The position numbers and the translations under genes are program-made. DNA of 64,000 nucleotides from Limnothrix sp. BL-A-16 (lineage in GTDB: Bacteria > Cyanobacteriota > Cyanobacteriia > CACIAM-69d), in assembly GCA_041937175.2 (NCBI GenBank), contig CP166615.1, positions 768,001 through 832,000 on the forward strand, given 5' to 3'. Shown here piece by piece: positions 30,884-41,811 of this stretch. Position 1 is the first letter of the stretch. Every line of letters begins with the position of its first letter. Under the pieces are notes generated by a model. It saw only the letters and a list, made by a program, of their open reading frames with translations. It did no database searches and was not told the origin of the DNA.

Positions 30884-33370
30884 CTAACTCACGGCGGCCA
30901 CAGTTTGCGAGAGGGCTTGGCTGGGAATGTCTTGATGAATCGGAATTTCGATATGAAACGCGGTACCACGCCCCACTTGCGAATCAAACCAGAGCCGACC
31001 TCGATGGGTTTGATGAATGACTTGGTGACTAATTGAAAGCCCCAAACCTGTACCCTTGCCCACGGGTTTTGAAGTCACAAAAGAATTGAAGACCTGCCCC
31101 TGCAAATGTTCAGGAATGCCACTGCCGTTATCAGCGATCGTGATCCGAATCAGTCGTCCTTCACAGAGGCGTGTTTGAATCCGAATAATGCCAGGGTTTT
31201 CCCGAATTTCATCAAACGTCCAACCCAATTGAGATTCTTCGATCGCGTCGATCGCATTGCTCAAAAGGTTCATGAACACCTGATTCAGGGGGCCTAAGCA
31301 GCATTCCACCAAGGGCAAATCCGCATATTCTCGCAACACCTGAATTTCAGGGCGCTCACTCGATGCTTTAATTCGATGGTTCAAAATAATTAGGGTGCTG
31401 TCGAGTCCTTCATGGATATTGGTGACCTGAAAATCGTTGTCATTGGCTCGCGAGAAGGATCGGAGCGATCGCACGATATCTCGTACACGCTCGGATCCCA
31501 ACCGCATCGATCGCACCATTTGGGTCAAATCATCTAACAGAAAATCAGGATCAACTTCCTCTAAAACCTCTTGCAACTCTTCTGGCACTTCGGGAAAGTA
31601 ATGTTGATAGCTGCGAATAATGCGGCCCAAATCCTGAACATAGTGGCCCAGGTGTTCCACATTGCCGGAAATAAAGCTAATGGGATTATTAATTTCGTGG
31701 GCTACCCCTGCCAACATTTGCCCAACCGCCGCCATTTTTTCGCTTTGAATCACCTGAAGTTGGGTATCTTTCAGTTGATTCAGGGTATTTTGCAAAGAGC
31801 TAAGCGAGGTTTCCAATTGCCGATACATGGCTTGGAACGCATCTTGCAAAAGATCAATCTCATCGAGTCCCAGGGTGGGATCAATCGCAATGGCAGACTT
31901 GGTTGCTAAGGCTGCGGAAGGTTCGATCGCCCCCACCGCGCCCGCTCCAGCGCCGGGAAAGGGCGGGGCTGCGCTGGCTAAGGGAACCATAGGGGCGATC
32001 GGCTCGGGCGATCGCGCCGACTCCGGCCCCTTGGGGTTGCTGGGGATTCCCCTTGCCGGGGGCGATGTTTCCTCTTCATTGGTAATTCCGCTGGAGAGCA
32101 GCGCCATTTGGCTGCTGTGAACCAGTTCCCGACAGCCATCAATCATTGGCTTCAAGCGCTGATTTAACCGATGTACAAAAAACCAAATGCTGCCCAACAG
32201 CACCAGACTGGCCACCAAGCTGGTTCCCAAGGCTGTTTGGAAAATGGGGGTAAACAGTCGGCGGCGCGGCACCACCGCCACCATCATCCAGTCCGTTCCC
32301 GCGATCGGGCGATAGGCCAAAAACTCAGCAGGAGTTGTCCGAAAGCCCAGCCGAGATTGGCGAATTTTGGGCCAAATCCGTTCCAAGGAGGGAATTTTCT
32401 GGTAGCTCGATAGGCCCGTGGCCTGCTGCGGATCCGGTGGATAGGCCAGCAGTTCCCCCTCATAACTCAGCAGCACGAAATAGCCGTCCTGTCCCAACAC
32501 CGGCCGCGCCAAACGTTCACTGAGGTTGGTGATGTCAATATCCACCACCGTGGATCCCACCTTATGGCGATCGCGACTGCGCACCGGACTCAGCAGCGTC
32601 ACCAGCACCTGTTGATTCCAGCGGTAAGGCTTGAGCCACCGTGGCTCCGCCGCACTGGCCTCCTTGGGAGACACCAGGCGGGCTTCCGAAGGGGTGAGCC
32701 GTTCCGTCAAGGACTCAGCGCGATCGAGTTGGGCCAAGCGATCGGGAGTTGAAGGCGTGGCCGTGGGCGATGGCGTTGAAGGGGGAATACCATCGCGGAT
32801 CAACACATAGGGCGGAGCCAATCGCTTATGAATCATGCTTGGCTCCGAAAAAGCGGTTTTCGGTTCCGACACCGTGGATCGGGGGCTAGTGGGCGTGGGC
32901 TGCGATCGTCCCAGCTCCGAAACCCGGTTTACCAACCGCTGCGGCACGATCGAATAATACGGATCGAACTGCTCCCGGCTCTTGAGCAGGGCAAACGGTT
33001 CCTGTTGCAACCCCAAACCCGCCACCAGAGGCGGCCGGTTTTTCAGAAATTCCAAAATGATTTGTTCACAACTTTGGGCGATCGCCGCCTCATCCTGGCC
33101 CAGTCGGCTGACCTCATAGACAGCAACCCCGAATCCATCCGCAAACTCTTCCACCTGCTTCAGGTCGCTTTCGAGGCCTTGCACCTCAATCCTCAGGGTT
33201 TTTTGAATCTCATCAACCGTCTGATCCTTCAGCAGGTTGTAAGTAATCCCGGTCATGATGCCCAGCGTTGACAAAATGCCCAGCATCGTCCACAAGAGCA
33301 TCTGAGCACCAATGGAAGAAAGCCTCGTGGCCTTCAGAATCAGTAGCAGTTCAAAGACGCGATGTCTCAT
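30884..33370 (-). CDS. Cache-domain sensor histidine kinase with low-complexity insertions
   Basis: TM, Cache (WLKPY, DGYFVLL, WMMVAVVP), split HAMP, HEINNP, NQVFMN, GTGLGL. Confidence 0.9.
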   Translation of the reverse strand: MRHRVFELLLILKATRLSSIGAQMLLWTMLGILSTLGIMTGITYNLLKDQTVDEIQKTLRIEVQGLESDLKQVEEFADGFGVAVYEVSRLGQDEAAIAQSCEQIILEFLKNRPPLVAGLGLQQEPFALLKSREQFDPYYSIVPQRLVNRVSELGRSQPTPTSPRSTVSEPKTAFSEPSMIHKRLAPPYVLIRDGIPPSTPSPTATPSTPDRLAQLDRAESLTERLTPSEARLVSPKEASAAEPRWLKPYRWNQQVLVTLLSPVRSRDRHKVGSTVVDIDITNLSERLARPVLGQDGYFVLLSYEGELLAYPPDPQQATGLSSYQKIPSLERIWPKIRQSRLGFRTTPAEFLAYRPIAGTDWMMVAVVPRRRLFTPIFQTALGTSLVASLVLLGSIWFFVHRLNQRLKPMIDGCRELVHSSQMALLSSGITNEEETSPPARGIPSNPKGPESARSPEPIAPMVPLASAAPPFPGAGAGAVGAIEPSAALATKSAIAIDPTLGLDEIDLLQDAFQAMYRQLETSLSSLQNTLNQLKDTQLQVIQSEKMAAVGQMLAGVAHEINNPISFISGNVEHLGHYVQDLGRIIRSYQHYFPEVPEELQEVLEEVDPDFLLDDLTQMVRSMRLGSERVRDIVRSLRSFSRANDNDFQVTNIHEGLDSTLIILNHRIKASSERPEIQVLREYADLPLVECCLGPLNQVFMNLLSNAIDAIEESQLGWTFDEIRENPGIIRIQTRLCEGRLIRITIADNGSGIPEHLQGQVFNSFVTSKPVGKGTGLGLSISHQVIHQTHRGRLWFDSQVGRGTAFHIEIPIHQDIPSQALSQTVAAVS

Positions 33371-34304
33371 GTGGTCAAGAGGGGGTGAAGACGCGATGCT
33401 GATTGGTCAATGGCATGACCATCACTGCAAAACTAGGTAATCTCGGGGTGCGACGGCATTACGATGCCTCAGCTCTCTCGACAACTACATATTTCCTATA
33501 TCTCAATCGAACTTTGCAGATTCGGGAAACTTCAGAACTTTCTGGCCCATTTCATCCTAATGACCTCATCCTGATGACGGACTTTTGATGAAATTTCGGC
33601 TAAATCTGCCCCGAAAAATGCATCTTTGGCGACAAAATGGGCCATGGACAACTGAATGACAAACCCAACGATTTAGGTTTTCTCTCGATTGCCATTATGA
33701 AAGGTGACGCAATGATGGCCAGTACAGAAATCGCCTAATGCTAATTCGCTAGGCCGTTCTGAAAATCGACTAAAACCAAAAAAGATTAGTGAGAAATGAT
33801 TGCATTTTTGAATCATCTCTTAAATTAATCATTTTTGAAGTTAGTCATTTTTGAAATTATTGGTTCACTCTGAATTTACTCCTAAATTTACTCCTCATCA
33901 AACTTCCTCAAGATTGACAAATTGATCCTGAGAATTGGTGCAATTGACTGTTGCCTGAAAACTACCGAGTTAGGGCATTAGCTAAACGGTCTGGAATGCA
34001 CCCATGGGGAGTAGAAAGGCCAATTTGATTTATCCAAAATTCCCCTTAGCTTAGGAGATCACCTGGCCTGATCTTGTATTCAAGACTACCGTATCCCGAT
34101 GATGATGCTCGGGATTCGCGCCCCAGGCTTCACAAGGCCTTGCGCGAAGGATGGCTGAGAAGCCAGAGCTGACGGCGAGACAACGGGCTACCTTTGCTGA
34201 TTCAACTTCGCTGATTTAACATTGACGATTTGGTTTTGCAGTCCCGATCGACCGCCCGATCGACCGCCTCAACATTTCCCTCTGAGCGCCCTCGGTCATT
34301 CTGA

Positions 34305-34436
34305 GAGGGTGTCTGAAAAGCCAAAATTGCTACTCTGTACGCCCCAGGGATCGATGTAGACAAGGGGCTTAAGCCCCTTGCCCCGACGGTTACTAGCCCC
34401 TTAGCAAGTACCCCAAGTTACTGCTCAGACATCCCC
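34305..34436. mobile_element. MITE type 1 (132 bp, empty copy) with central palindrome
   Basis: Imperfect TIRs GAGGGTGTCTGA/TCAGACATCCCC; perfect palindrome CAAGGGGCTTAAGCCCCTTG at 34361-34380; related inverted copy at 49634-49908. Confidence 0.7.
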
Positions 34437-34446
34437 TTAGAGCACC

Positions 34447-35169
34447 CTATTGAGCCGGTGGTGCAGCATCGGGAGGATTAAATCGATAACCAACCCCGCG
34501 CACCGTTTGGATAATTTGGGTTTTTGCGCCTGCACTTTCCATCTTTTTGCGAATTTGACCAATGTGGACATCAACAACCCGTTGGTCGCCCACATAGTCG
34601 TAATCCCAAACTCTTTGCAAAAGTTCTTGGCGATTCCAGACCCGTCCTGGATGATTGGCCAAAAAATGCAAAATATTGAACTCTAAGGCCGTTAGGGTAA
34701 TTAATTGATCGTCAAGGGTGACTTCGTGGCGTTCCGGATCGATGATTAAGCTGCCAAAATTAAGGGAAGGTTGCGGTAAATCACGTGGAGAATTGCCCCG
34801 ACCCCGCTTCAGAATGGCACTAACACGCACCCCTAATTCCATCAAGCTAAAGGGCTTGGTCAGGTAATCATCTGCCCCTTGGCGAAACCCCTTAATTTTA
34901 TCGGCTTCATCGGAACGACTGGTGAGCATCAAAACGTAGACACCCGTTTTGGCTTGCATTTCCCGACACAGTTCGTACCCCGTTGCATCCGGTAGATTGA
35001 CATCCAAAATCACCAGATCGGGTTGAAACTTTTCAAAGAGCGCTAAGGCCGTCTTCCCGTCAGGAGCCGACTCCATTTGATATTGCTGCTTGCTTAAGAA
35101 GCGATGGATCAACTTTCGGATCGCTGGATCGTCATCCACAACCAGCAGCTTTGGAGGCGTGTCAGTCAT
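34447..35169 (-). CDS. OmpR/PhoB-family response regulator
   Basis: VVDDD, LDVNLP, GADDYLTKPF, LTALEF, RVVDVHIGQIRKK, TVRGVGY. Confidence 0.95.
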   Translation of the reverse strand: MTDTPPKLLVVDDDPAIRKLIHRFLSKQQYQMESAPDGKTALALFEKFQPDLVILDVNLPDATGYELCREMQAKTGVYVLMLTSRSDEADKIKGFRQGADDYLTKPFSLMELGVRVSAILKRGRGNSPRDLPQPSLNFGSLIIDPERHEVTLDDQLITLTALEFNILHFLANHPGRVWNRQELLQRVWDYDYVGDQRVVDVHIGQIRKKMESAGAKTQIIQTVRGVGYRFNPPDAAPPAQ

Positions 35170-35981
35170 CGCTTTGAAGCCAAGATAATCGGCAGAGAAA
35201 TATTATGGGGCCATTGGGGGTGCGACGGTCATCGCGGTGTGGAGATTTGGGTAGCTGTGATGAACCCAAATAAATAGGGGCTGCTCAATTGTGCCCCTTT
35301 CACTCAATCAGGTGCAAATCGTTGTCCAACGATCCAACTAAAATTTGTCCAAGTTTGTCCAAATAGGATGATTGTCCAAATCATTTGTAGGGCTAATTGA
35401 GGTTGCACGCCAGTTTATTGACCCTTTCTACGGGGATCAGGGATCAACCGGATGTGACCAAACGCATTTCTAGCGCATTTGGGCGCTTGATTGCTTGCGG
35501 GGGAGTGTTTAGGAAAGTTTTGGACAGTGGGCTGCATGTTATTGCGCGTATTCTATCAAACCGGCACTATTTCACTAACGGTTGTGGCGATTCGCTTTTG
35601 GCCAACTGATGATGGGCAATTGACGGGCGATCATCCCAAACCCTTGGGGGCTGACTGGTGCAGGGTTTTGGCGCAAGGATCCGGCTTGTCTGGCACAATG
35701 GGCCGATCCTTATAGATCCGGATAGATCTGGTAGATTTGGCTGATCTGGCGCAAGGCTTGGGGGGCAGGGGCTGGCTCAATGATGAGGACTTGTTGCCAA
35801 TCCGAAATGCTCAGGTGTCGGTTGCTTAGAATTTAGACTAGATTTAAATAGTGTTTTCACGGTATTAGGGCGATCGCCAAGTGCCGCGATCATGCAGTGA
35901 TCACTCAAACAGTACTGAACAGATAGCGTCGAAGGCGCTGTTTCACTCGATCGCCGCCAAGAGACTAGCCCCACCCAACGC

Positions 35982-36602
35982 ATGAGCAACCCGAACCCCT
36001 ACGAACAGCTTGGCGTGACCGAGGATGCGTCTTTTGATGAGATTCAATCGGCGCGCAATCGGCTCCTCAAGGAACATGAAACAGACCGCCAACGGATGGA
36101 AGCGGTTGAGATGGCCTATGACGCAGTGCTGATGGATCGGCTGCGGCTGCGGCAGGAGGGACGAATTAAAGTCCCCGATCGAATCCGGTTTGCGGAACAG
36201 GACGATCGCCCCGCGCCGGCCGCTCCCCAACCCAGTCAACCGCCGCAACTGCCCAATTGGTTAGCGGGGTCGATCGATCGGCCCACCCGTACCGATTGGA
36301 TCCAGGCCGGCGGCACGTTTTCGGTGCTGTTGGTGCTGGGGTTGTTGAATCCTGGTGGTGATGGGGCACTGCTGCAATTGGTACTGGCGATCGGGGCAGG
36401 GGCCAGCTTGTTTTTCCTCAATCGCAAGGAGCGGCGTTTTGGCCGAGCGGTGTTGTTGACGCTGCTGGGACTGATTGGCGGTCTGATTGTGGGTTCGTTG
36501 ATCACGGGTCTGATTCCGCCTGTGGTGGGCCTGCGCACGGAACAGTTGGTGGCGGTGGTGACGCTGATTACCCTTTGGCTCACCAGTTGCTTGCTGCGAT
36601 AA
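35982..36602 (+). CDS. CPP1-like (DUF3353) J-like domain protein
   Basis: NPYEQLGVTEDASFDEIQ..AYDAVLMDRLRLRQEG.IKVP..IRF, C-terminal TMs. Confidence 0.88.
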   Translation: MSNPNPYEQLGVTEDASFDEIQSARNRLLKEHETDRQRMEAVEMAYDAVLMDRLRLRQEGRIKVPDRIRFAEQDDRPAPAAPQPSQPPQLPNWLAGSIDRPTRTDWIQAGGTFSVLLVLGLLNPGGDGALLQLVLAIGAGASLFFLNRKERRFGRAVLLTLLGLIGGLIVGSLITGLIPPVVGLRTEQLVAVVTLITLWLTSCLLR

Positions 36603-36701
36603 GCAGGGCGATCGACCTTGCCAGCAAAGTTCAAGACTTAAGGTTAAAGACTCAAAATTCAAGGGCAAACGGCAAAACGCGAAAGCCAAAACTTGAAAGT
36701 C

Positions 36702-36746
36702 AAAAATGCCCAGTGATCAACAGTTGTGCTTGATCGCTGGGCATTT
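36702..36746. terminator. Hairpin terminator between convergent genes
   Basis: AAATGCCCAGTGATCAA..TTGATCGCTGGGCATTT. Confidence 0.6.
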
Positions 36747-36791
36747 CGCTGTTCAGAAGGGCTGGTTGCTGGTTAATTCACGGAAGATTCC

Positions 36792-38366
36792 CTAGTTGCT
36801 AACCTCGCGCACCGTGAGCTGATAGCGTCCTCGTCCTTGGGGATCGTAGGCATTGACGATGATCCGGTAAGTGCCAGTGCTGGGCAGTTGCACCACGAGG
36901 GCCGCGTTGGTGTTGGTGTCGCTGATGTCGTCGGCATCGGCCAGTTTTTCATCCTGGGGATCCGCCACCATCAGGTAGGGATCAAAGTCATTGCTCTCCA
37001 GCAGGATTTCAATTCGTTGACCGGCCCGCCCATTGAATCGATATTCCTGGTAGGGGCTGTTGTCGGATTGCAGACGGGGCGAACTGGCGGTCAGGCTACC
37101 GGCATCTTGCAGGATGAGCGAGCCGGCCTGTGTACCAGGTTGTGTGCCGGGCTGCGTACCGGGGTTGGTGGCGGCGGGGCCACCCGATCGCGCCCGTAGG
37201 GTATAGCGTCCTTGTTGGTTGGTGGCGGCGGTGTTCACAAACACGGTGTACAGGCCGCTGCTGGGCAGGGTGGCGGTGATGCGAGCGTTGGTTTGGCCGC
37301 CGCTGTCGTCGTCCTGGGCTAGCTCTTCTCCGTCGGGATTGAGCACGATCAGGTAAGCATCGAAGTCGCCGCTGGCCAGGTCGATCGTGACTTGGTTGCC
37401 CGCTTCGCCCGTGAAGGTGTAGATGTCGTAAAGGGTTTGGTCTTGGCTCAAAACCCGATCGCCCTCGGCCAATTCGCCGGCCAGGGGCTGATTATTCAGA
37501 GCCAGGGTGGTGACGGGGATGGAGGGGCGCAAATCTCCCGATCGTGCCTTGGCCAGGAAGTCCAACACGCGATCGGTGGAGATGGCGAAGCCAATGCCGA
37601 TGTTGCCACCGCCGTCGCGATCGACATAGATCGAAGTGTTGACCCCAATCAGTTGCCCTTTGCTGTTCAGGAGTGGGCCGCCGGAGTTGCCGGGGTTGAT
37701 GGCCGCGTCGGTTTGAATTAGCCCTTCAGTGTTGTCCAGGCGGCTGACAATGCCCACGGTGAAGGTGTTTTGGAACTTGCCAAAGGGATTCCCGATCGCG
37801 AAGGCCCGTTGCCCCACTTCCACGGAACCGGGCGGCGCAATGGGCACCACCGGCAACCCACTCGCCCCCCGCAGTTTCAGCATGGCGAGGTCTAGGCTGC
37901 CTTCCGCAAATCCCAGAATATCCGCCTCAAATTTTTGACCATCGGCCAACACCACAGTCACGGGGCTGGCGGCATCATCCACCACATGGGCGTTGGTCAG
38001 AATCAGGCCATCGGCGCTGACGATGCTGCCGCTGCCGGTGCTGCTGCTGGTTTCGATCGAGACAACGGCAGGGCTAGCAGTCCGATAAACCCGCACGTTT
38101 ACCTCTTCATCACTGTTGCCTTGGGCCCGGTGGTCGGGAACTGTTGGGCGCAACGGCTCGATCGACTCGTTCGCCGGGCCTAATCGTCCTGCATCGGGGG
38201 GCATTTGCCGTGCTGCGCCAGGACTGGCCGCCCAGCCAATGGAGCCGATCGAGAGGAGGATCATTCCTCCCAGGCCCCATAGGGAATGGGAAAGCCGACG
38301 TAGCGGCATAGGCTGCGATCGCTGATTGATACTCATGGCCCCAAACCCTTCTGCAACGATGGTCAC
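36792..38366 (-). CDS. Trypsin-like (HtrA-type) serine protease with two PPC domains
   Basis: LTNAHVV, DLA, QTDAAINPGNSGGPL; two DFDAYL..DDDS..TNA repeats; start uncertain. Confidence 0.9.
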   Translation of the reverse strand: MTIVAEGFGAMSINQRSQPMPLRRLSHSLWGLGGMILLSIGSIGWAASPGAARQMPPDAGRLGPANESIEPLRPTVPDHRAQGNSDEEVNVRVYRTASPAVVSIETSSSTGSGSIVSADGLILTNAHVVDDAASPVTVVLADGQKFEADILGFAEGSLDLAMLKLRGASGLPVVPIAPPGSVEVGQRAFAIGNPFGKFQNTFTVGIVSRLDNTEGLIQTDAAINPGNSGGPLLNSKGQLIGVNTSIYVDRDGGGNIGIGFAISTDRVLDFLAKARSGDLRPSIPVTTLALNNQPLAGELAEGDRVLSQDQTLYDIYTFTGEAGNQVTIDLASGDFDAYLIVLNPDGEELAQDDDSGGQTNARITATLPSSGLYTVFVNTAATNQQGRYTLRARSGGPAATNPGTQPGTQPGTQAGSLILQDAGSLTASSPRLQSDNSPYQEYRFNGRAGQRIEILLESNDFDPYLMVADPQDEKLADADDISDTNTNAALVVQLPSTGTYRIIVNAYDPQGRGRYQLTVREVSN

Positions 38367-38585
38367 AATATGGTCACAACAAAACTGGTCACAACAAAAC
38401 CGCCAGCGCCGGGCCCCGCTGGTGGGTGCGCTGGCGTTGGCATTGTACTTTTCTTGAACTTAGCAGACCGATCGGGAGATACCGATCGGATCGCAGACAA
38501 ATCCTGTCTTGGTTCCTGTCTTAGCGCCTAGCGGGCTTGCCGGTTGGGGGCTGGAGGACGTGAGTTTAATCACCAGGAAATTCAC

Positions 38586-40433
38586 TCAGGAACGGGGCCC
38601 AAAGGGGGCTAGTCCCGATTGCCATTGGTCGATCGCCTGAGCCAGGGCAGGGCGCACCTGCTGCCAAACACTGGCCCAATCCCGAGGCTGGGGCTGACGA
38701 AACAACCGAGCCGTGGGATACCAAGGGCAATCGGTGCGATCGAGCATCCAGCGCCAATTGGGCATTCGGGGCAACAGGATCCAAGTGGGCAAGCCCAAAC
38801 CGCCCGCCAGGTGAGTGACAGAGGTGTCAACACAAATCACCAAATCCAGTTGGGCTGCGAGGGCGGCGGTGTCGGCAAAATCCCGGAGTCGATCGTGCCA
38901 GGCTTGGACTTGCGGAAACTGGGCGATCGCCCCGGCATCAGGCCCCACTTGCAAACCATGCAGTTGCACCTCAGGGCAATTCAGATGCTCCACAAATTGG
39001 GCTAGGGGAATCGATCGATTGTGATAGTCCCGGCGGCCGTCGCGATTGGCTTGGTAGCCGCTGGCCCAGGCAATGCCCACATGGAGTCGATCGCGCCGAA
39101 AGGTAAATTCCTGATCCGGTCGCCAGTCCGTGGCCTGGGCTGACAGGTAAGGAATCGATCGGGGAATGGCCGCCAAGCTGGGCGTGAACGCCTTGGGCAG
39201 GCTCAGGAAGGAGATTTGCCAGTCGAAGGCCGGCAGGGCTGCCCCTTGAACCACCACGTGATCCACCCCTGGCAGGGCCGCCAAAATTCGAGCGGTGGGT
39301 TTTGGTGACTCCACCACCACCCTCGCGCCCCGTGCCGCCAACAGGGGCAAATATCGCGCAAAGTGCAAAATATCGCCCAAACCACACTGGGCATAGACCA
39401 AGATCGTTTGCCCTGCGATCGGCTCCCCATTCCAGGCCGGTTGCTGGAAGGGCCGCCGGGGCAAAACATTGGGCCAGCGCCATTCAAATTCCGCGAAGCC
39501 CCGCTCATAGTCGCCTTGGTGTAACCAAAGGTTGGCCCGCCCCCAGTGCACATCTGCTTCATCGGGTTGATGGCGGAGGGCGGCTTCGTAACAGTCGGCG
39601 GCGGCGGCCAATTCCGCTAGCTCAAAATGGCAATTCCCGATCGCCCCCAGGGCCCGCGCCTGCACACCGGGATCCGGCGGAGCCAGGGCCAACCCCCGTT
39701 GGTGGGCGGCGATCGCCGCCCGAAATTCTTGGCGATAAAAACAAACCCGTCCCAACTGGAACCAAGCACCGGGATAGTGGGGATCCAAGGCCAACGATCG
39801 CTGAACCGCCGCATAGGCCAGCTCGGGATCGTCCCCAGCTTCGCGATCGAGCGCAATCCAACTTTGCAGCAGGTGGGCCAGGGCGCGATCGGGGTTGCGT
39901 TGCAAGGCCTGCTCGATCGCCGCCGCCGCTTCCGGCCACCGACATTGCTGGCAAAGACTTTGGGCTAGGTAAAGATGCAAGTCCGGTAGCTCAGGATTGG
40001 CCTGAATCGCTTGCTGATAGTGTGTGGTGGCCGTTGCCCAATTCTGTTGTTGCAGGGCAATTGCGCCCCGATTGGCCCAAACTTCTGCCCAATCGGGCCG
40101 ATAGTGCAAGGCCCAGCCATAGGCGCGATCGGCCGCGTCCCACTGACCTTGCCCCTGTAAACCATTGCCCAACCAGCGGTAAGGTTCTGGCCGATCGGGA
40201 ACCAGCCGAATGGCCCGTCGGGCTTGCTCGATCGCCCCTTGGGCCTGGCCCTGTCGCCAAGCCGCCTCGGCCGCCGCCAAAGCCTGGTCAAACGCCGTCG
40301 CCAGCATTTCCAAGGCGATCGGGGGTGCAGGTTTGGGGGTGATTGCTGCGATCGTTTCTTCCTGTTCGAGGGCTGTGGTTTCGCCTGTTTGCATGGATCT
40401 CCTCGCATCTGCCCGCATCTGGCTGCTGACCAT
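38586..40433 (-). CDS. TPR-repeat protein with GT9-like glycosyltransferase domain
   Basis: TPRs followed by GLGDILHFARY, GIAWASG, LDLVICVDTSVTHLAGGLG, WRW..PWYP. Confidence 0.88.
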   Translation of the reverse strand: MVSSQMRADARRSMQTGETTALEQEETIAAITPKPAPPIALEMLATAFDQALAAAEAAWRQGQAQGAIEQARRAIRLVPDRPEPYRWLGNGLQGQGQWDAADRAYGWALHYRPDWAEVWANRGAIALQQQNWATATTHYQQAIQANPELPDLHLYLAQSLCQQCRWPEAAAAIEQALQRNPDRALAHLLQSWIALDREAGDDPELAYAAVQRSLALDPHYPGAWFQLGRVCFYRQEFRAAIAAHQRGLALAPPDPGVQARALGAIGNCHFELAELAAAADCYEAALRHQPDEADVHWGRANLWLHQGDYERGFAEFEWRWPNVLPRRPFQQPAWNGEPIAGQTILVYAQCGLGDILHFARYLPLLAARGARVVVESPKPTARILAALPGVDHVVVQGAALPAFDWQISFLSLPKAFTPSLAAIPRSIPYLSAQATDWRPDQEFTFRRDRLHVGIAWASGYQANRDGRRDYHNRSIPLAQFVEHLNCPEVQLHGLQVGPDAGAIAQFPQVQAWHDRLRDFADTAALAAQLDLVICVDTSVTHLAGGLGLPTWILLPRMPNWRWMLDRTDCPWYPTARLFRQPQPRDWASVWQQVRPALAQAIDQWQSGLAPFGPRS

Positions 40434-40694
40434 CTGGCTGCTTAAATCTAGTGGGTTAAATCTGGCTGACCGAACTTGATCGCCTGGATTTGATTAATGG
40501 AATCTGAATCAATGGAATTTGGCTGATGACAATTGCTCCAGGTCGCGGTTTAGGGCCTGGGTTTCCGGATCCCGCTGCAATCTTGGCCGCCGGAACTCGC
40601 GATCGGGTCAGCTATCCGGTGTTTAATTGAACCCGGTTTGGATAACCCGATCCCCCTCAGATCAATCTTTCAAAACTTCCTAGGAGTTTGACCC

Positions 40695-41405
40695 ATGAGC
40701 CAGCTCGATCCCGCAACCATCATGAAACAACAAGTGGCCCGGGCCGCCGTGGCCCGCGTCAAGTCGGGAACCGTCGTGGGGTTGGGCAGCGGCTCAACGG
40801 CGGCCTTTGCGATCGAATATTTGGGCGATCGGCTCAAGTCCGGTGAACTCACCGATATCATCGGCGTGCCCACGTCGTTCCAGTCGGAAGTGTTGGCCAA
40901 ACAGTTTGGCATTCCCTTGGCCACGCCCAACGATGTGGATCGCATTGATGTGGCGATCGACGGGGCCGACGAAGTGGATCCGCAAAAGAACCTGATCAAG
41001 GGCGGCGGCGCGGCCCACACCCGGGAAAAGATTGTGGACTGCTTGGCAGCGGAATTTATTGTGGTGGTGGATGCCAGCAAATTGGTCGATCGCCTGGGAA
41101 CCACCTTCCTGTTGCCCGTGGAAGTGTTGCCTATGGCTTTGGAACCGGTGAAGCGGGCGATCGCAGCCCTGGGTGGTGAGCCGCAATTGCGGATGGCCGT
41201 CAAAAAAGCCGGCCCCGTGGTTACAGATCAGGGCAACTTGGTTCTGGATGTGAAATTCCCTAACGGCATTGACGATCCCGCCACCTTGGAAAAAGCCCTC
41301 AATAATATTCCCGGAGTCCTGGAAAACGGCCTGTTTGTGGGAACCACAGACTGCGTGCTGATTGGGGAAATTGTGAACGGGGAACCGCAAGTCCGCCAAA
41401 TGTAG
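40695..41405 (+). CDS. rpiA: Ribose-5-phosphate isomerase A
   Basis: [26 protein letters not shown]. Confidence 0.97.
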   Translation: MSQLDPATIMKQQVARAAVARVKSGTVVGLGSGSTAAFAIEYLGDRLKSGELTDIIGVPTSFQSEVLAKQFGIPLATPNDVDRIDVAIDGADEVDPQKNLIKGGGAAHTREKIVDCLAAEFIVVVDASKLVDRLGTTFLLPVEVLPMALEPVKRAIAALGGEPQLRMAVKKAGPVVTDQGNLVLDVKFPNGIDDPATLEKALNNIPGVLENGLFVGTTDCVLIGEIVNGEPQVRQM

Positions 41406-41811
41406 GTTGAATGCCATTGGAGCTAGATCGGGGTGGGCAATGCCCGCCCGACTAGCGAGTCAAGGTCTAACTGAATGTCTGACTCAGAAACTGACTCAAT
41501 CCCCGACCGATACCCAACCAATTCATAGAAATTTATCAGCCGTTGAACAACACTCGAACGATTGAAGGGCCCGCGATCGCCATCATGGTCGATTCTGTCG
41601 GTCAAAATCTTTGCCGATTGCAGGATAGAAAGATGATTAAATATCTGTGCGATCGCTAATTACTCCTAAGTTGGGTCTTACGCGCGATCCTTGCCCGAAT
41701 GTCTACCTGTTTCGGTCATTCGGCAGAATGACAATCCAGTCAAAATTGAGCGCAGAGTGAAGCGCAGGGTTGAGTGCCAATGCCATCTGCAACCACTCAA
41801 CGCAAGAGATC

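Noticed and set aside
30872..30887. GAGCTAAC as a left TIR at the kinase stop codon
   Set aside because: Only 5 matching terminal bases, flanks differ, and transposase similarity runs almost up to it; insufficient support
33400..34300. 900-nt non-coding stretch (also 44000-44840)
   Set aside because: No convincing ORF, known RNA or repeat found by eye; probably promoter regions
39302..40342. 346-aa ORF antisense to the TPR-glycosyltransferase
   Set aside because: P/R-rich shadow in GC-rich coding DNA
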